A DNA stretch of 54,914 bases, filler included, from Asterionella formosa (Eukaryota): NCBI GenBank assembly GCA_002256025.1. It is 4 parts of 4 records of this genome, joined end to end, with 100 filler letters (N's around TTAATTAATTAA, not from the genome) between each part and the next. Parts side by side here need not be neighbours in the genome. Positions count along the whole stretch, not along the records: positions 1 to 13,660 come from NKIB01006503.1; positions 13,761 to 27,417 come from NKIB01006509.1; 2 more parts are not named here. The stretch is one strand, 5' to 3'. The position numbers and the translations under genes were made by a program. The notes below the pieces were generated by a model. It had not been told where the DNA came from. It saw only the letters and a program-made list of their open reading frames with translations, and did no database searches. Below, piece by piece: positions 12,084-23,500 of this stretch; position 1 is the stretch's first letter, and each line of letters starts with the position of its first letter.

Positions 12084-12824
12084 CTATTTTCCTCTAGTAT
12101 TCCGCTCTGTATCTCGAACCTTCTTTTCAACTTCGAACCTTCGAGCATCCACACGTTGCAGAAAATCCTTCTTCTGTAAAAATGCATTCTTGCCTTGTGC
12201 TTGCTTTGTGAGATCTTCCTCTAGCCCTTCGCTTGTTTTAAATTGGTCCCAATCAGCACTGGTCTTGGCAACAGTAGAAAGTTTTGAAGGACCGTCGAGT
12301 TCTTGCAGCAAAGTATCGAGGCCACTGTTAGATTTGTTTGCAGCGGTTGTTGAGGCAACAGCAGACTTGTCACTCGTCACCGCAAGCTTGCGTTGGACAA
12401 CAATTGATTGACCAGCATAGTGCTTTACTTCAGTGATAGTTTCCATTTGTGTGGCTGGGAGTGGTAGCCGTTTAATGGGTCGAATTTGTGACGAGGAAGA
12501 CAACAAGATTTGTGCTGCTCCAGTTGGTCCAAAAATGGCTTCCAGAATCTCAAGTTGCTTATCGTCAGGGTGATTCTTCCGTCTAAATTTCCGTTTCGGA
12601 CGAAAGGAAGTTCCAAACTTGTAACCGAATAGCTGTTCAAATGCATCATCAACAGCCTTTCGCTTTGCCTGGGACAATGATGAAGCATAACATCCTTCGA
12701 GTATTGGGGACGGTTCCGTGTCTGCTTGCAATGGTTCGTCGTCGTCGTCCATGTCATCCTTGTCTTGACCAGGCACATAGTCTTCGTCTTCCTCTTCTTC
12801 CTCGTCTATCAATGGTTCCTTCAT
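12084..12824 (-). CDS. BCNT-domain protein (CFDP1/Swc5-like, SWR1 complex)
   Basis: Acidic N-terminus (EEEEEDEDYVP) and C-terminal BCNT pattern KLSTVAKTSADWDQFK...LEEDL...FLQKKDFLQRVDARRFEVEK. Confidence 0.88.
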   Translation of the reverse strand: MKEPLIDEEEEEDEDYVPGQDKDDMDDDDEPLQADTEPSPILEGCYASSLSQAKRKAVDDAFEQLFGYKFGTSFRPKRKFRRKNHPDDKQLEILEAIFGPTGAAQILLSSSSQIRPIKRLPLPATQMETITEVKHYAGQSIVVQRKLAVTSDKSAVASTTAANKSNSGLDTLLQELDGPSKLSTVAKTSADWDQFKTSEGLEEDLTKQAQGKNAFLQKKDFLQRVDARRFEVEKKVRDTERNTRGK

Positions 12825-13660
12825 GTTGGCACTTATTCTGGTTTGAAGAACAATGATGAGGGTGATTCAAAGGTTGTTTGTTTTTGTCAAGTACTGCATA
12901 CCGGTACTCAACAACAGCTATACTATCGTGTTATACCACCATGACTTATGAATTGTATGTCCCATGTATGGACAAGTGCTAAAGGCAAGGCAAGCCCGAG
13001 GTCGTGGTCTCCTGCCTGCGAGTACCTGGTACCAGGTACACATGTTTACGAAGGCAGGCAATTACACAGTGACCCTACCGGTAGCCGTATACCGGGAACG
13101 TAGTCGTAAAAAATTAAACTCCCAGTTAAACCCGTAGTGGAAGCTAGCACTTGTAGTTCACTCGTACTCCAGTACTGTGTACAAAGCTAGCGACAATACC
13201 GGTTCTGGTACCAGGTACTCCCTAGTACCAGGTACCATTTGCTCCTATCGACTGGTTACCAGGTTACCAGGGTACGTGTTTGCGGGAATAGACCATTGTA
13301 TGTATTTAGAGTACCAGGTACCAGGTACCTGGAGTACTTAATATGGAGTCATCACGAGTACATATACCATAGCACTATATTACAGTAAATAGAGGACCAA
13401 GTCTATTACTGGTAGGTATGTATATGTATAATATACAGAATAAGAAAATTTTAAAGTACGCTTTTATTGAAACTCAAATCTAATGGAGCTCGTGGAGTCG
13501 CACTAGGGCCCAAATGGGCCCCAAAGGAATGACGAGTGAGGGTGAGTCATTGAGGGACTCTTAGCTAGGGGTTGCAGACTAGGAAACAACCGTAGAGATG
13601 GCAAGCAAGGTCAAGGAGACCACATATGGCTCTTAGAGTGTGTATATCCCACCCAGTATA

Positions 13661-13760
13661 NNNNNNNNNNNNNNNNNNNNNNNNNNNNNNNNNNNNNNNN
13701 NNNNTTAATTAATTAANNNNNNNNNNNNNNNNNNNNNNNNNNNNNNNNNNNNNNNNNNNN
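13661..13760. other. Scaffolding linker: N run with TTAATTAATTAA at its centre (also 27418-27517 and 41171-41270)
   Basis: An identical 100-bp construct occurs three times, so true gap sizes are unknown. Plain N gaps occur at 51004-51878 and 53217-53614. Confidence 0.97.
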
Positions 13761-14033
13761 AACAACAACAACAACAACACCATGGCTTTCTTGTAATGAT
13801 CAAAGAACAATGCACATGCAGGTTTCTCTAAGAATAAACATTTTGCGCTTATTAAATACAAGTATTAACACATGTATTATTAACACATCAGGAGCAAAAG
13901 AGTACTGGAGCACCACCAGTAATATTACTTACTGAGTCAGTCTACCGGTATAGGCAGAGAACGCACGGCGAAAACCTCCCCTCATGCATCACCATATGAC
14001 ACTCAAATCCCTACAAAATAAAATCAATCCACC

Positions 14034-15481
14034 ATGACACGCATTATCCGCCTTGTGCTTGTTGTCGCTGCTGCCGATGCTTTTGGTGTTCTCTCTTACC
14101 ACCGCCGCTATGCCACCTCTCTTACCCGCGGCAAAATTTTCTTAAGCGAAGGATCTTCTTCAGAATCTGGAGATCTACCAAAGCTAAATAAAGAACAGAT
14201 GGAACAGAAGGTTGGCAATCTTGTGGCTGACGATGAATGGATGGGCTTGACTATGGAGCTGACTGAACTTGTTAGATGCGCTATTATCGAAGACGTGAAG
14301 AAAAATGCCAGAGAATTTACCGGGAAGGAAGAGTACAAGGTTGGTAAGTTCATGTTGCGGTCACTTGAGGCTACTTGTACAGTATTTTGAGGTAGTGTAT
14401 GATTTCAGAAGAAACTTATTTTTTTAATATTTGTCTTTTGTATCATCTTCTCGCAGGTGATTTTTCTAAGGAACTTGATTCCCGGGTTAAGGAACAAGTC
14501 GCCATGTTGCGTGGTAAAGAAGAATGTAAGGTTGTTGAATGAGTCGCATCCTCTTTATTTACTGTATTGTGCTCACTTTGGCTGGGAATCAATTTTAGAT
14601 GAGCTTGGAGACTTGACTGTGGCTCTCGATACAATGAGTAAAGAATTCACCAAGCAGTTGACTGGAAAAGACGACTGTAAGTGTTTTGCGCAGCTAACTG
14701 CTCTTGTTGCTACTTGAACATAAGTTTACAATGATACTTTATTTCATTTCCACAGACGAACCTGGAGACCTTTCAAAGGAGATCGATAGCCGCGTCAAGG
14801 CTGCCGTTGTTGAATTTTGCGGGAAGACAGATGGAGAATGTAAGTGTGTTGGCGCTTTGAAAATAAGCAATGGGTTGTTATTACTGATGTGTTCGTCGTT
14901 TTAAACAGATGAGTTTGGTGACCTGAGCAAAGAAATCGATCGGCGCATCAAAGAGCGAGTTGCAGGATTTACTGGAAAGGGAGAATGTAAGTGTAATGTT
15001 GGCTTTTTTGTTTTTCAGTTTCTTATTGCTCAAATTATATCCATCAGACGAGTTCGGCGACATCACGAAGGCAATTGAAAACCAACGACGAGCCTGGATG
15101 AGTTCGTTTTTGGGAGAGGAAACAGCAGCAGCCTACCAATTTGGTATGTAGATATTGCAATAAAGGGTTCTTTGTTCTGCAATTTCTGATTTGTCTCAAC
15201 CAATGTACATTAAATTTTCTTATGCGGTCATAGGCGACGTGACAAAACAAGCCCTAAAGAATTTGACAGGGAAAGATGAATATGAATTTGGTAAGTTCAT
15301 CTGAAAGGCTACAGCTATTAAATATACAGCGATCCCATGTCGTTTTTCTCGGTTATCATATCTGAAGTCCACAAAGTGTCATCTAATTGTCATCTTCTAT
15401 TGTTGAATTCAACCAGGGGATGTCACCAAGAAAATCATGGGAAATTTGTTCGGAAAGAGAAAGAGAGGCGGAGACAACTAG
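14034..15481 (+). CDS. 8-exon gene for a plastid-targeted repeat protein (GKxxYEFGDxSK repeats), 278 aa, function unknown
   Basis: Exons 14034-14343, 14457-14525, 14599-14676, 14756-14839, 14909-14986, 15048-15143, 15234-15290, 15417-15481. All introns are GT..AG. The spliced frame is open to TAG (837 nt). The signal peptide ends ADA-F. Confidence 0.88.
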
Positions 15482-15579
15482 CTTTCGATATTGCAAGTTC
15501 GAATAAAATCAAACTTTTAATTGTATGATGCTACAGAATTGCCATAAGAAAATAGAATAGATTGGAATCCACAACAATT

Positions 15580-16704
15580 TCACAAATTCTCAGGTCTACT
15601 TTCAGAAAAAGCTCTCAAGTTGGCTCCTGCGAACCGTGTGGTCCTTAAACCATCGACGATGACTGCCCCAATCTTTTTGTAGAATGTTATGGCTGGAAAG
15701 TTCCAGTCCAAAGCTTGCCACACAAACCCAGTACAAGCCAATCGCTTACAGACACTTGCTAGCGCATACATGACCATCTCCCCCCCTCCGCGACCTCGAT
15801 GGGATACTTCAAAGAAGAGATCTTCCAAATATAAGAAGCGCCCTTTATCGAAATCATAACCAAAGTAGAAAAATCCCATTCCATGGTACGTCTTTGTTTC
15901 AGTATCTTGCAACAATAGGCAATGGAAAAGTGGGTGGTCAGTTTGGTAGCCATCTATACGATAGTGTTCCTTGTTGACATGCACCGACTCTGGTTCTTTT
16001 TCATACAATGCAAGGCCAGCTACTTGGACTTCTATTTCGTCGAGTTCTTCTTCAGTTGCTCGATGCAACTTGAGCCCCCTACTTTCCAATGAAGTGTTGG
16101 TCAATACCAAAAATTCGTCAATGGCTCTAACAGCTGCTTCTAGAGTGAAATCTTCGGAAGTCGATAACGTAGGAGCCAGGGTCTCTTTTGTGGCAAGGAA
16201 GGTATCAATTGCTTCTGCATCCATACGTAGTGTCATCCAACCTTCCAGAGTTTCAGCTTTCAATTCCTTGTAGTAGGGTGCCTTGTTATCATAATGCTGC
16301 CACACCAATCTGTGGCAATCTAGTTTGATCGCAACATCAGCTAAAGTATACATCAAGGATGTTTCGAGGGATGTGTCATCCACGTGGATGTGGTTGATGT
16401 AAATGTATCGAGAATCCCAGGTAGAATAGGCCAAATAGAAGATTGCTGCAGCGCATACATTCCCATCTTTTCCCTCGGACAAAATTCCATGGTAAAAGTC
16501 TTGGAAATCCCGCGACGTGTCTTGCAGCGAAACGTCGGTAGCTGAAAGGAAAGTTAAGAGACTCGGAAGGTCTCTCGTTTCCACTGGGCGAAGTGCCAGC
16601 CTTTCTTTATGCTCCCAGCGATTTGTTGTTGCTTGGCAGGCTGCGAGTGTGGATTCCTTGATTGTCTGGAGGCTGAGGACCTTTTCAGGTAGTGGGAGGA
16701 CCAT
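15580..16704 (-). CDS. Tandem-GNAT protein, diamine/spermidine-spermine N-acetyltransferase-like
   Basis: C-terminal GNAT: LALYEKEP...YLEDLFFEVSHRGRGGG...WQALDWNFPAITFYKKIGA. N-terminal degenerate copy: FYLAYSTWDSRYIYINHI...RLVWQ. The ORF track start is TTG; the first ATG is 16704, and an upstream exon is possible. Confidence 0.85.
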   Translation of the reverse strand: MVLPLPEKVLSLQTIKESTLAACQATTNRWEHKERLALRPVETRDLPSLLTFLSATDVSLQDTSRDFQDFYHGILSEGKDGNVCAAAIFYLAYSTWDSRYIYINHIHVDDTSLETSLMYTLADVAIKLDCHRLVWQHYDNKAPYYKELKAETLEGWMTLRMDAEAIDTFLATKETLAPTLSTSEDFTLEAAVRAIDEFLVLTNTSLESRGLKLHRATEEELDEIEVQVAGLALYEKEPESVHVNKEHYRIDGYQTDHPLFHCLLLQDTETKTYHGMGFFYFGYDFDKGRFLYLEDLFFEVSHRGRGGGEMVMYALASVCKRLACTGFVWQALDWNFPAITFYKKIGAVIVDGLRTTRFAGANLRAFSESRPENL

Positions 16705-17301
16705 TGTGTCTTCCAACTGAACCAACTAAAGCAGGCACAACCGATATCTCAGTGAATTTGGTGACAATACAAACACCGTGTACCCGGTATATTCTAAAGA
16801 TGATCTAGGCAAATTTAGGCCGATTTACGACAGTGACAGGTAGAGGCAGGAATAAAGTAGGAAGCACCAAGAACAAAATGTTCAGTCGACCGATTGAGAA
16901 TCTATCATATGATGTGTATAGGTGTGGTATGATACCACACCAATGGATTTGTGGTAAAGACGGTTTATGCTATAAGGAAAACACAGCTAAAATTCTCATT
17001 TACCGCAGCTTGCACAAATCTGTGGAGAGATTATTGTAATAATCATGGATAGAAAGATTTGTCGTAACTGGTACTGGTACCAGGTACCAGGTACCTGGCA
17101 TCCACTCCGACTACCGGTAATCTGTCTGCACAAGGAATTTCTTTGTGCTGACACTTGACCATCACTGAGCAACAACATCGGCATTCATTAGTACGGTATG
17201 CAGCCATAATTCCATAGCGATATCGAAAGGAAAGAATTGTTTGATTTTACCCTGCTCGCACTTCTTTTAAAAAGAAAATCTAATACAGAAGATATCTGGA
17301 A

Positions 17302-18228
17302 ATGGATGAACCAAACGAAGCAAAGAGAAAACGGCGGAAAAGAAAGAAATCGACAAGTGTTGACGCGGTGGAATTAAATCCTACTACAAGCATCAGAACC
17401 GGAACTCAATTACAAAATCCGGCAAAGCGAAGAAAGCAATCCGACAATTCGATTCCCTGGAATACAAAAGCCACTAGCGGAAAGCCTTCCCATCCATTCA
17501 AAGTCGACGACACTGACCACTGTGAAACACCCATAGGCGCGTATCAAGACATAATTGCCTTGATAGATCAGATTGCAATTAATCTTGGAAAGACTCGACA
17601 AGCCGTCTTAATCTATGATCCCTACTATTGCGATGGAGGTGTCAGGATGAAGCTTGCGTCACTTGGCTGTAAGAATGTCATCAATGAAAATCAGGATTTT
17701 TATGCAAACATTGCGAACAACAAGATCCCAGACTATGATCTGCTTATAACGAATCCTCCATACTCTGGTGAACACATGGAGAAGCTACTTAATTTTGCTG
17801 CTGGTTCACAGAAGCCTTATCTTTTGCTATTGCCTCACTTTGTTTACACTAAGGAATACTACCGGCGTTCCAACATACAGCAAGGGATTTTCTACTTGGT
17901 CCCTAAGTCACGTTATTCGTATCTACCTCCTCAGTGGGTTGCTGCCAATAGTGGCAGTGCTGCTTTGGCAAAGGGAAAGACACAGACAGCACCATTTCCC
18001 TCCTTTTGGTATTGCTATACAGGAGAGCAAGTGCCGCATGCATGGCTGGAATCTATATTTGGTAAGAGTGGTATTTACGATCGCAATCGTAAACTCCAAT
18101 ATGCTAGTTCCACGGCCCATATTCCACGTGAAAGCAAGGGTGAATTTGATCTTTCCAAGAAGCGACCAAACCCAAAAGCGCGGAAGCGAGCCATGGCTGC
18201 AAAGCAGCGGGGTCAAATGGCGACATGA
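17302..18228 (+). CDS. Putative amino-(N6-adenine)-methyltransferase-fold protein
   Basis: 308-aa ORF with DHCETP, a motif I-like IYDPYYCDGG, and motif IV LLITNPPYS. Basic NLS-like clusters occur at both ends. Confidence 0.7.
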   Translation: MDEPNEAKRKRRKRKKSTSVDAVELNPTTSIRTGTQLQNPAKRRKQSDNSIPWNTKATSGKPSHPFKVDDTDHCETPIGAYQDIIALIDQIAINLGKTRQAVLIYDPYYCDGGVRMKLASLGCKNVINENQDFYANIANNKIPDYDLLITNPPYSGEHMEKLLNFAAGSQKPYLLLLPHFVYTKEYYRRSNIQQGIFYLVPKSRYSYLPPQWVAANSGSAALAKGKTQTAPFPSFWYCYTGEQVPHAWLESIFGKSGIYDRNRKLQYASSTAHIPRESKGEFDLSKKRPNPKARKRAMAAKQRGQMAT

Positions 18229-18850
18229 ACAATAGATATTGGAATTATAATCTGTAAAATATATGCCGGTACTAGATTTGCGTTCATGTCCTTTCCAAGC
18301 TTGCTCGCCCAGGCATCCAAGTTGATTCTACCAGATAGGTACCTGGTACTCTCGCAAGAACCAACCAGGTGCTCCTGTGGTATATACAACAAATGAATCA
18401 CTGGGTAATAAAATGTTAAAGGAAAAAAGTTGTGTACAGAATGCATAGATAGTGTATAAAAATAGGAAACATACAACTACAAAATGTATCATTGGTAAAT
18501 ACCAAAATAAAAAACCTGCATCGCATTCAAACAAAACCATTTCATGCAGAATCAAATTCAATGGATTTAGTCAGTATATCACTTAATGATGTAGTGATAT
18601 ATATAAGAGCAATTGTGTCTTAAATGAAGGAAATAAAAAATAGATGAATGCCAGAAAGGTCCAGAAGATTACTACAAGATTCTAAGGAGCAAACAAAATG
18701 GAGAATGAACATGCGAGGTTATGGAGTTGCTCTTTTTATGTTTCAAAATCCTACTGCTGGGCTGTGTAGTTAAATAAAATCCAACTATAGTTATCCAGCA
18801 TGTCAAAGAAACTATAAGTTCAATACATATAGAACCATTAACAACCAGTG

Positions 18851-20527
18851 CTAATATATAGTACTGTTAAAAAAGATCATCCAGAAAAGTGCTAGCCAAC
18901 TCAATTGCTCCTTCCCCCCAGCTGCTAGCCTATCAGGTAAAATTCCCGCTCTTTCCAGAGCCGCCTTCCCAATGTGAGGTATATTATAATTGTTGTCGCC
19001 ATTAACCAAAATAATCTCTTCCAAGCAACCCTGTAATGTTAAGAAAGAACAATTTAATTTGGTTGGTTCAAAAAAATCGAATGCTGCCTGCACTGCCTCT
19101 ATCAAACCGTCGATGTTGTTGCGGGCTTCTGCCACAGAGACCCATTGACCTGACTGTAATGCCCTAAATAAGATAGATCGTTGATATTCAAATCCGGACT
19201 GTTCGCGGGTTGCTTAGTCAATCGAATATCCCATTCTTCATCTGTTGCAGCTGCTACAAAGGGAACAAAATCGGAACCAAAATGTGTTGAAGCATTGTCA
19301 TGCTGTAGATTTATTCTTTTGTTTCCATCAGGCCACTTCGCTTTTATCATAGGTAAAACATTATCAACAATCATGTCAGCATATGACGGTTTTGTCACTG
19401 GGAGTGACTTTGTTTCCATTGTCCCTGCCGGTCGATAAATTGAACTTTTTTGCGCTGCTACTTGGTGCACAAATAGCCAAATCCCAATTTTACCATCAAA
19501 CGTACACACTTTTTCGTCGTCAAAACGCGGATGTGTCACAGCAGAAAGGAACATGACCTTTTCGATATTCTCCTTATGTTTTGTCCGCCTTGTGGGAGCC
19601 TCTTCTCCATGAGCCAGATATATTTTCAACTTTCCTTCTAAAACAAAGAACCACTTTTCATCTATAGGAACCTGGTAGCCATCATAGTAACCAAACAGTC
19701 CCGGATCAAAATCAATATCAGGGGAAGGATGGTGTTCTTGATCTGGATGGTTCAATTGTAAATGATTCACACAATACATAAAACGACTTATCTTACCCTC
19801 CTCCGAAAGCATCGGCTTGACTGAACTTGTGTGCAGTCGTATTACATTCTCTCTGTTATCCTTTGCAATCCAAAGAACTGTTGACTTGGGAAGGGCAAGA
19901 GCAGCTGCTAATTTACGATATGCAGTACGCTTGCGATATGGAATACCTCTAATCGCTGCAATTATTTCTTACGTGGGTATTTGCAAGTATACCCAGTCAA
20001 TAATTTGCGGGAAAGCGATGCAAACACGTAAGTATCATCATTAGAATAGGATTCGAGCGCGCGGTTCCAAACACGTTGTATAGTTGTTTTATCAAATTTG
20101 AACCGACCTGCCAAAAATGTAACGGTTCCACGCACTAAAATGAGCCGACCATCCATTTCGTCCCCTCCATCAGGTCCTTTTTGGAGGTTCCGTAAACCAT
20201 AATCCAACACGAGTTGACACTCTTCTGGTGTTAGATCCTTTCTCATGTGCTTGTTGAGAAGAGGTGGTGGCAAGAAAAAAGGGGGGTCAGTCATCTGCAT
20301 TTCGCTCGAGATGAGCAAAAGTGGAAGTCAAAAAAGCCGAAAAACGTTCTTTTTTTCAGGCGTAGTTGCCAATTTTCATCTTTCTTTATATAATATATAT
20401 ATGGATCGGTAGCTTACTAGAGCAAGCTGCACCATAGGGCTATTGAGCCGGAGAAAATCGTAGGAGTCAAAATGGCCCGCCCGGATAAATTTGAATTATC
20501 GATGCAACTGTTACTAGACAGAGGGAG
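18851..20527 (-). mobile_element. Tc1/mariner DD39D (plant-mariner-like) transposon with a frameshifted transposase
   Basis: HTH region at 20318-19962. Catalytic IDEKWF, LQHDNA and QPANSPDLNIND, with 39 residues between the second and third Asp. C-terminal GDNNYNIPHIGK. Stowaway-type TIR CTCCCTCTGTCT ends at 20527, followed by TA. The opposite TIR was not found. Confidence 0.88.
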
Positions 20528-20591
20528 TACCAGGTACACAGCCTGGTACTGCTAAGCATCACTAAATTCCTGCTGGCAGCCGGTATGTAAA

Positions 20592-23500
20592 TTAGTAGTA
20601 CCTGGTAGTAAAGTGCTGCTCCAGCAGTATGGTGCTGCCGTCATTGAAAGGGCAGAAGCGATTTTGCGCTACTGTCGGTAATACACCGGCATTGCTCCTA
20701 GTAGCTACTAGTACACAAATGACCAGTATACTGACTCTCCCTCTCAGCCGAAGATACCAACTAAAAAAAGATTGAGGAGTGAATGAGACAAATATTATTG
20801 GTATCACAGGGGGAATGCATAGTAGGATAGTAAACACAACCACCCCATGACCAGCCAACTTCCGAATGGACTCGTCGAAAACAGTGCGCACAAGTCCTTT
20901 GGTGAAGATGTCTGCCTTTTGTTCGGTAGTGGCAATCTTGATGATTTTAATGTGTCCATTTGCAACATGGGAACGGAAGAAATGGTACTTGACAGCAATG
21001 TGTTTAGACCGGGGTGTCATGCAAGGTGAGGAGGCAAGAATGAGAGCCCCATTGTTATCCTCAAAAACCTTAGAATAGGTTCGAATTTCAAAAATTGGAC
21101 TATGTCCCATAGAAATTGCCATTTCCTGAACAAGGGCACGAATAGGAATAAGCTCACGCATGGAATGGGACAATGCAATGTACTCAGCTTCCAAAGTGGA
21201 CAAGGCAACTTCACTTTGAAGTTTTGAAGTCCAGGTAAGAGGACAGCCACCAATGGTGATAAGGTATCTGGTACGCGACTTGACACTAAGAGGGTTTTGG
21301 TCATCTTCATGTAGCCAAAGGCCAGCAAAATCCGCATCAACATAACAATCAACCCCAAGATCCCCAGATGGAGAAAGAATGAGACATTTGTGATGGGTGC
21401 GAATGAGGTATCGTCCAATGGCTTTAATTGCAAGTGCATGGGTTTGCTTGGGAGCATGAGAGAATCGAGCACACTGGTGAACCGCAAAGGCAATATCAGG
21501 GCAAGAGTTGTTACTCAAGTAAAGAAGCATACCTATGACAGATCGATCGATGCAAACAAATTTCAGAAATAATACCGGTACACGTAGTCGTGGAAAACAA
21601 TGGACATATAGTGCATTGAGTATTTTCGAATTATGTATATGCGAGTATGATCATCTCAACCATATCGATCATCAGACCCCAGCGATTCTTGTGTGGTAGG
21701 AGTCCATGTTGGGTTGGCAGAGTCGAGACCTAAGGTAGAGATAATGCGGTCAGTGAGACCAGTTTGCGTCAAGGTGAAGGTGTCATTTTTGCGAGAGACT
21801 TGGATGCCCAAGAAAGTGGCAAGTTCACTTTCTTCAGTGAGGTCTGTATCGACTTTAAGATCAGTCACAAGTGCATCAAGAACATTAGAGTCTGGTCCGG
21901 CCATTATAATGTCATCCACATAGCTAGCAAACAAGGACAGTAGTTTTGCAATAAAAAAGACATGGATCGAGGGAACTTTGAGTGAAACCGCGTGTTTCAC
22001 GTTTTGCTTTCAGATAGTCAAACCAGAGACGAGGGGCTTGCACTAGGCCATAGAGACTCTTGGTGAGCTTCAGACAGACATATTAGTCAGAATCACTCTG
22101 ATAGCCACGAGGGAGATGGACATAAATTGGTTCATCGAGGAGGGCAGCTTGAACAAAGGCATTGCTGAAATCAATACACCGAGTGTGGAGCTTGAAAAAC
22201 AAGGTGAAGTAAATCAGAAGATGTACAGTAGACCACATCACAACAGGAGCAAAGGTGTTTTCCATTGGTTCTTGGAGGTCACCACAAACACACCAACGAG
22301 CCTTTAGTGATTTGATACGTCCGTCTGGGTGATGTTTACGGCGAAGAGTCCAAGTGCCAGGAAAGGTTTTGGTTGTTGCTGAAGATTTTGAGACAATTTC
22401 CCAAGTTCCTTGTTTGATGAGCGAGTGAAGTGATTTCCTTGTGCATGGACTCCCTCCATTCAAGGGCGTCAACATCACGCATCATGGCTTCATCGTATCG
22501 AAGAGTGTCAGGGTCACTGGAGGAAGCAACAAAAGCGGCCAAAGCGACATCATTGAGGTGACCATCAGTGCAGGTGGCGAGCGGGTCTTCAATCAGCAAA
22601 CTTGGCAACGAGGTGGTTGAATTCAAGTTCATCGCCATATCGTGTGCCTGCAACACCTTTTGTACTTCGCTGAGAGTGACGAGGGCGTACGGAAGCAGGA
22701 GCAGGATTGGGTTGTTGGTTCTTTGGTGGAGGTGTCTCCCTCAGAGCCAGGGGAGGTAAACCTGAAGGCTCCTCCCTCAGAGATGTCAAGACCAAAGGTG
22801 GCTCCCTCAGAGCTGGGGTAAATGGAACATCAATAGAAAGATGACGCTCCCTCTGAGGCAATGGGGACAATGACTGATGGGACGGTGAAAGCGGAGGTCT
22901 GGGAGAAGTGGGTGGAATAGAGAGAGCAGAGACTGGGACTTGAGCATCCTGGGCACCTCTAATGAGTGAGTTTTGCCTGTTATGTTGCTCTTGAGCAATA
23001 AAATCTTCATTCCATTCATCACCCAACAGAGGAGGTTCATTGTCATCAAAGAAATATTGGAAATGACTGTGCCCAAAGAGGTTGTCCCAAATTGGACCAT
23101 TTAAGTCTGGAGCTCGATCAGGATCTGAAATGACAGTGGAGAACCAAGAGTCAAATACACAGTGGAACAACTGAGGGCTGATGTATCCAGTGTTCAGATT
23201 AAGCACCAGTGGGGCAGTGGAGGCGTGCTTCTTTGAGAGTCCCAAGAAAACTGCACGACGCGAACGAGGTTTCCTTCTAGGCAGTTTCTTTCCATCCTGC
23301 ATAGTAGAATCCAGGACATACACGGGACTTCCCCATACTTGGAGATCATTGCATTTGTGGGTGGGCCATTTAGTGCCTGAGAAAATCTCAAAAGGTGCCA
23401 GGCCATTTTTCCTGTTAGGGAGATGATGAATGTACACAGCATAGTCAACAGCCATAGGCCAGAGGGTACTATCAGCAGTGTCACACCAGCGGATGGCAGC

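Noticed and set aside
13440..13660. Possible LTR fragment before the gap
   Set aside because: There is no second copy, PBS or PPT in the window to support it.
13705..13716. Palindromic TTAATTAATTAA repeated three times in the window
   Set aside because: It is always centred in an identical N block, so it is an artificial contig linker with stops in all frames.
17302..18228. Restriction-modification system recognising CCGG/CCWGG to explain the motif excess
   Set aside because: There is no nuclease partner and nothing links this protein to the motif. The TA-duplicating indel at 7778 points to transposition instead.
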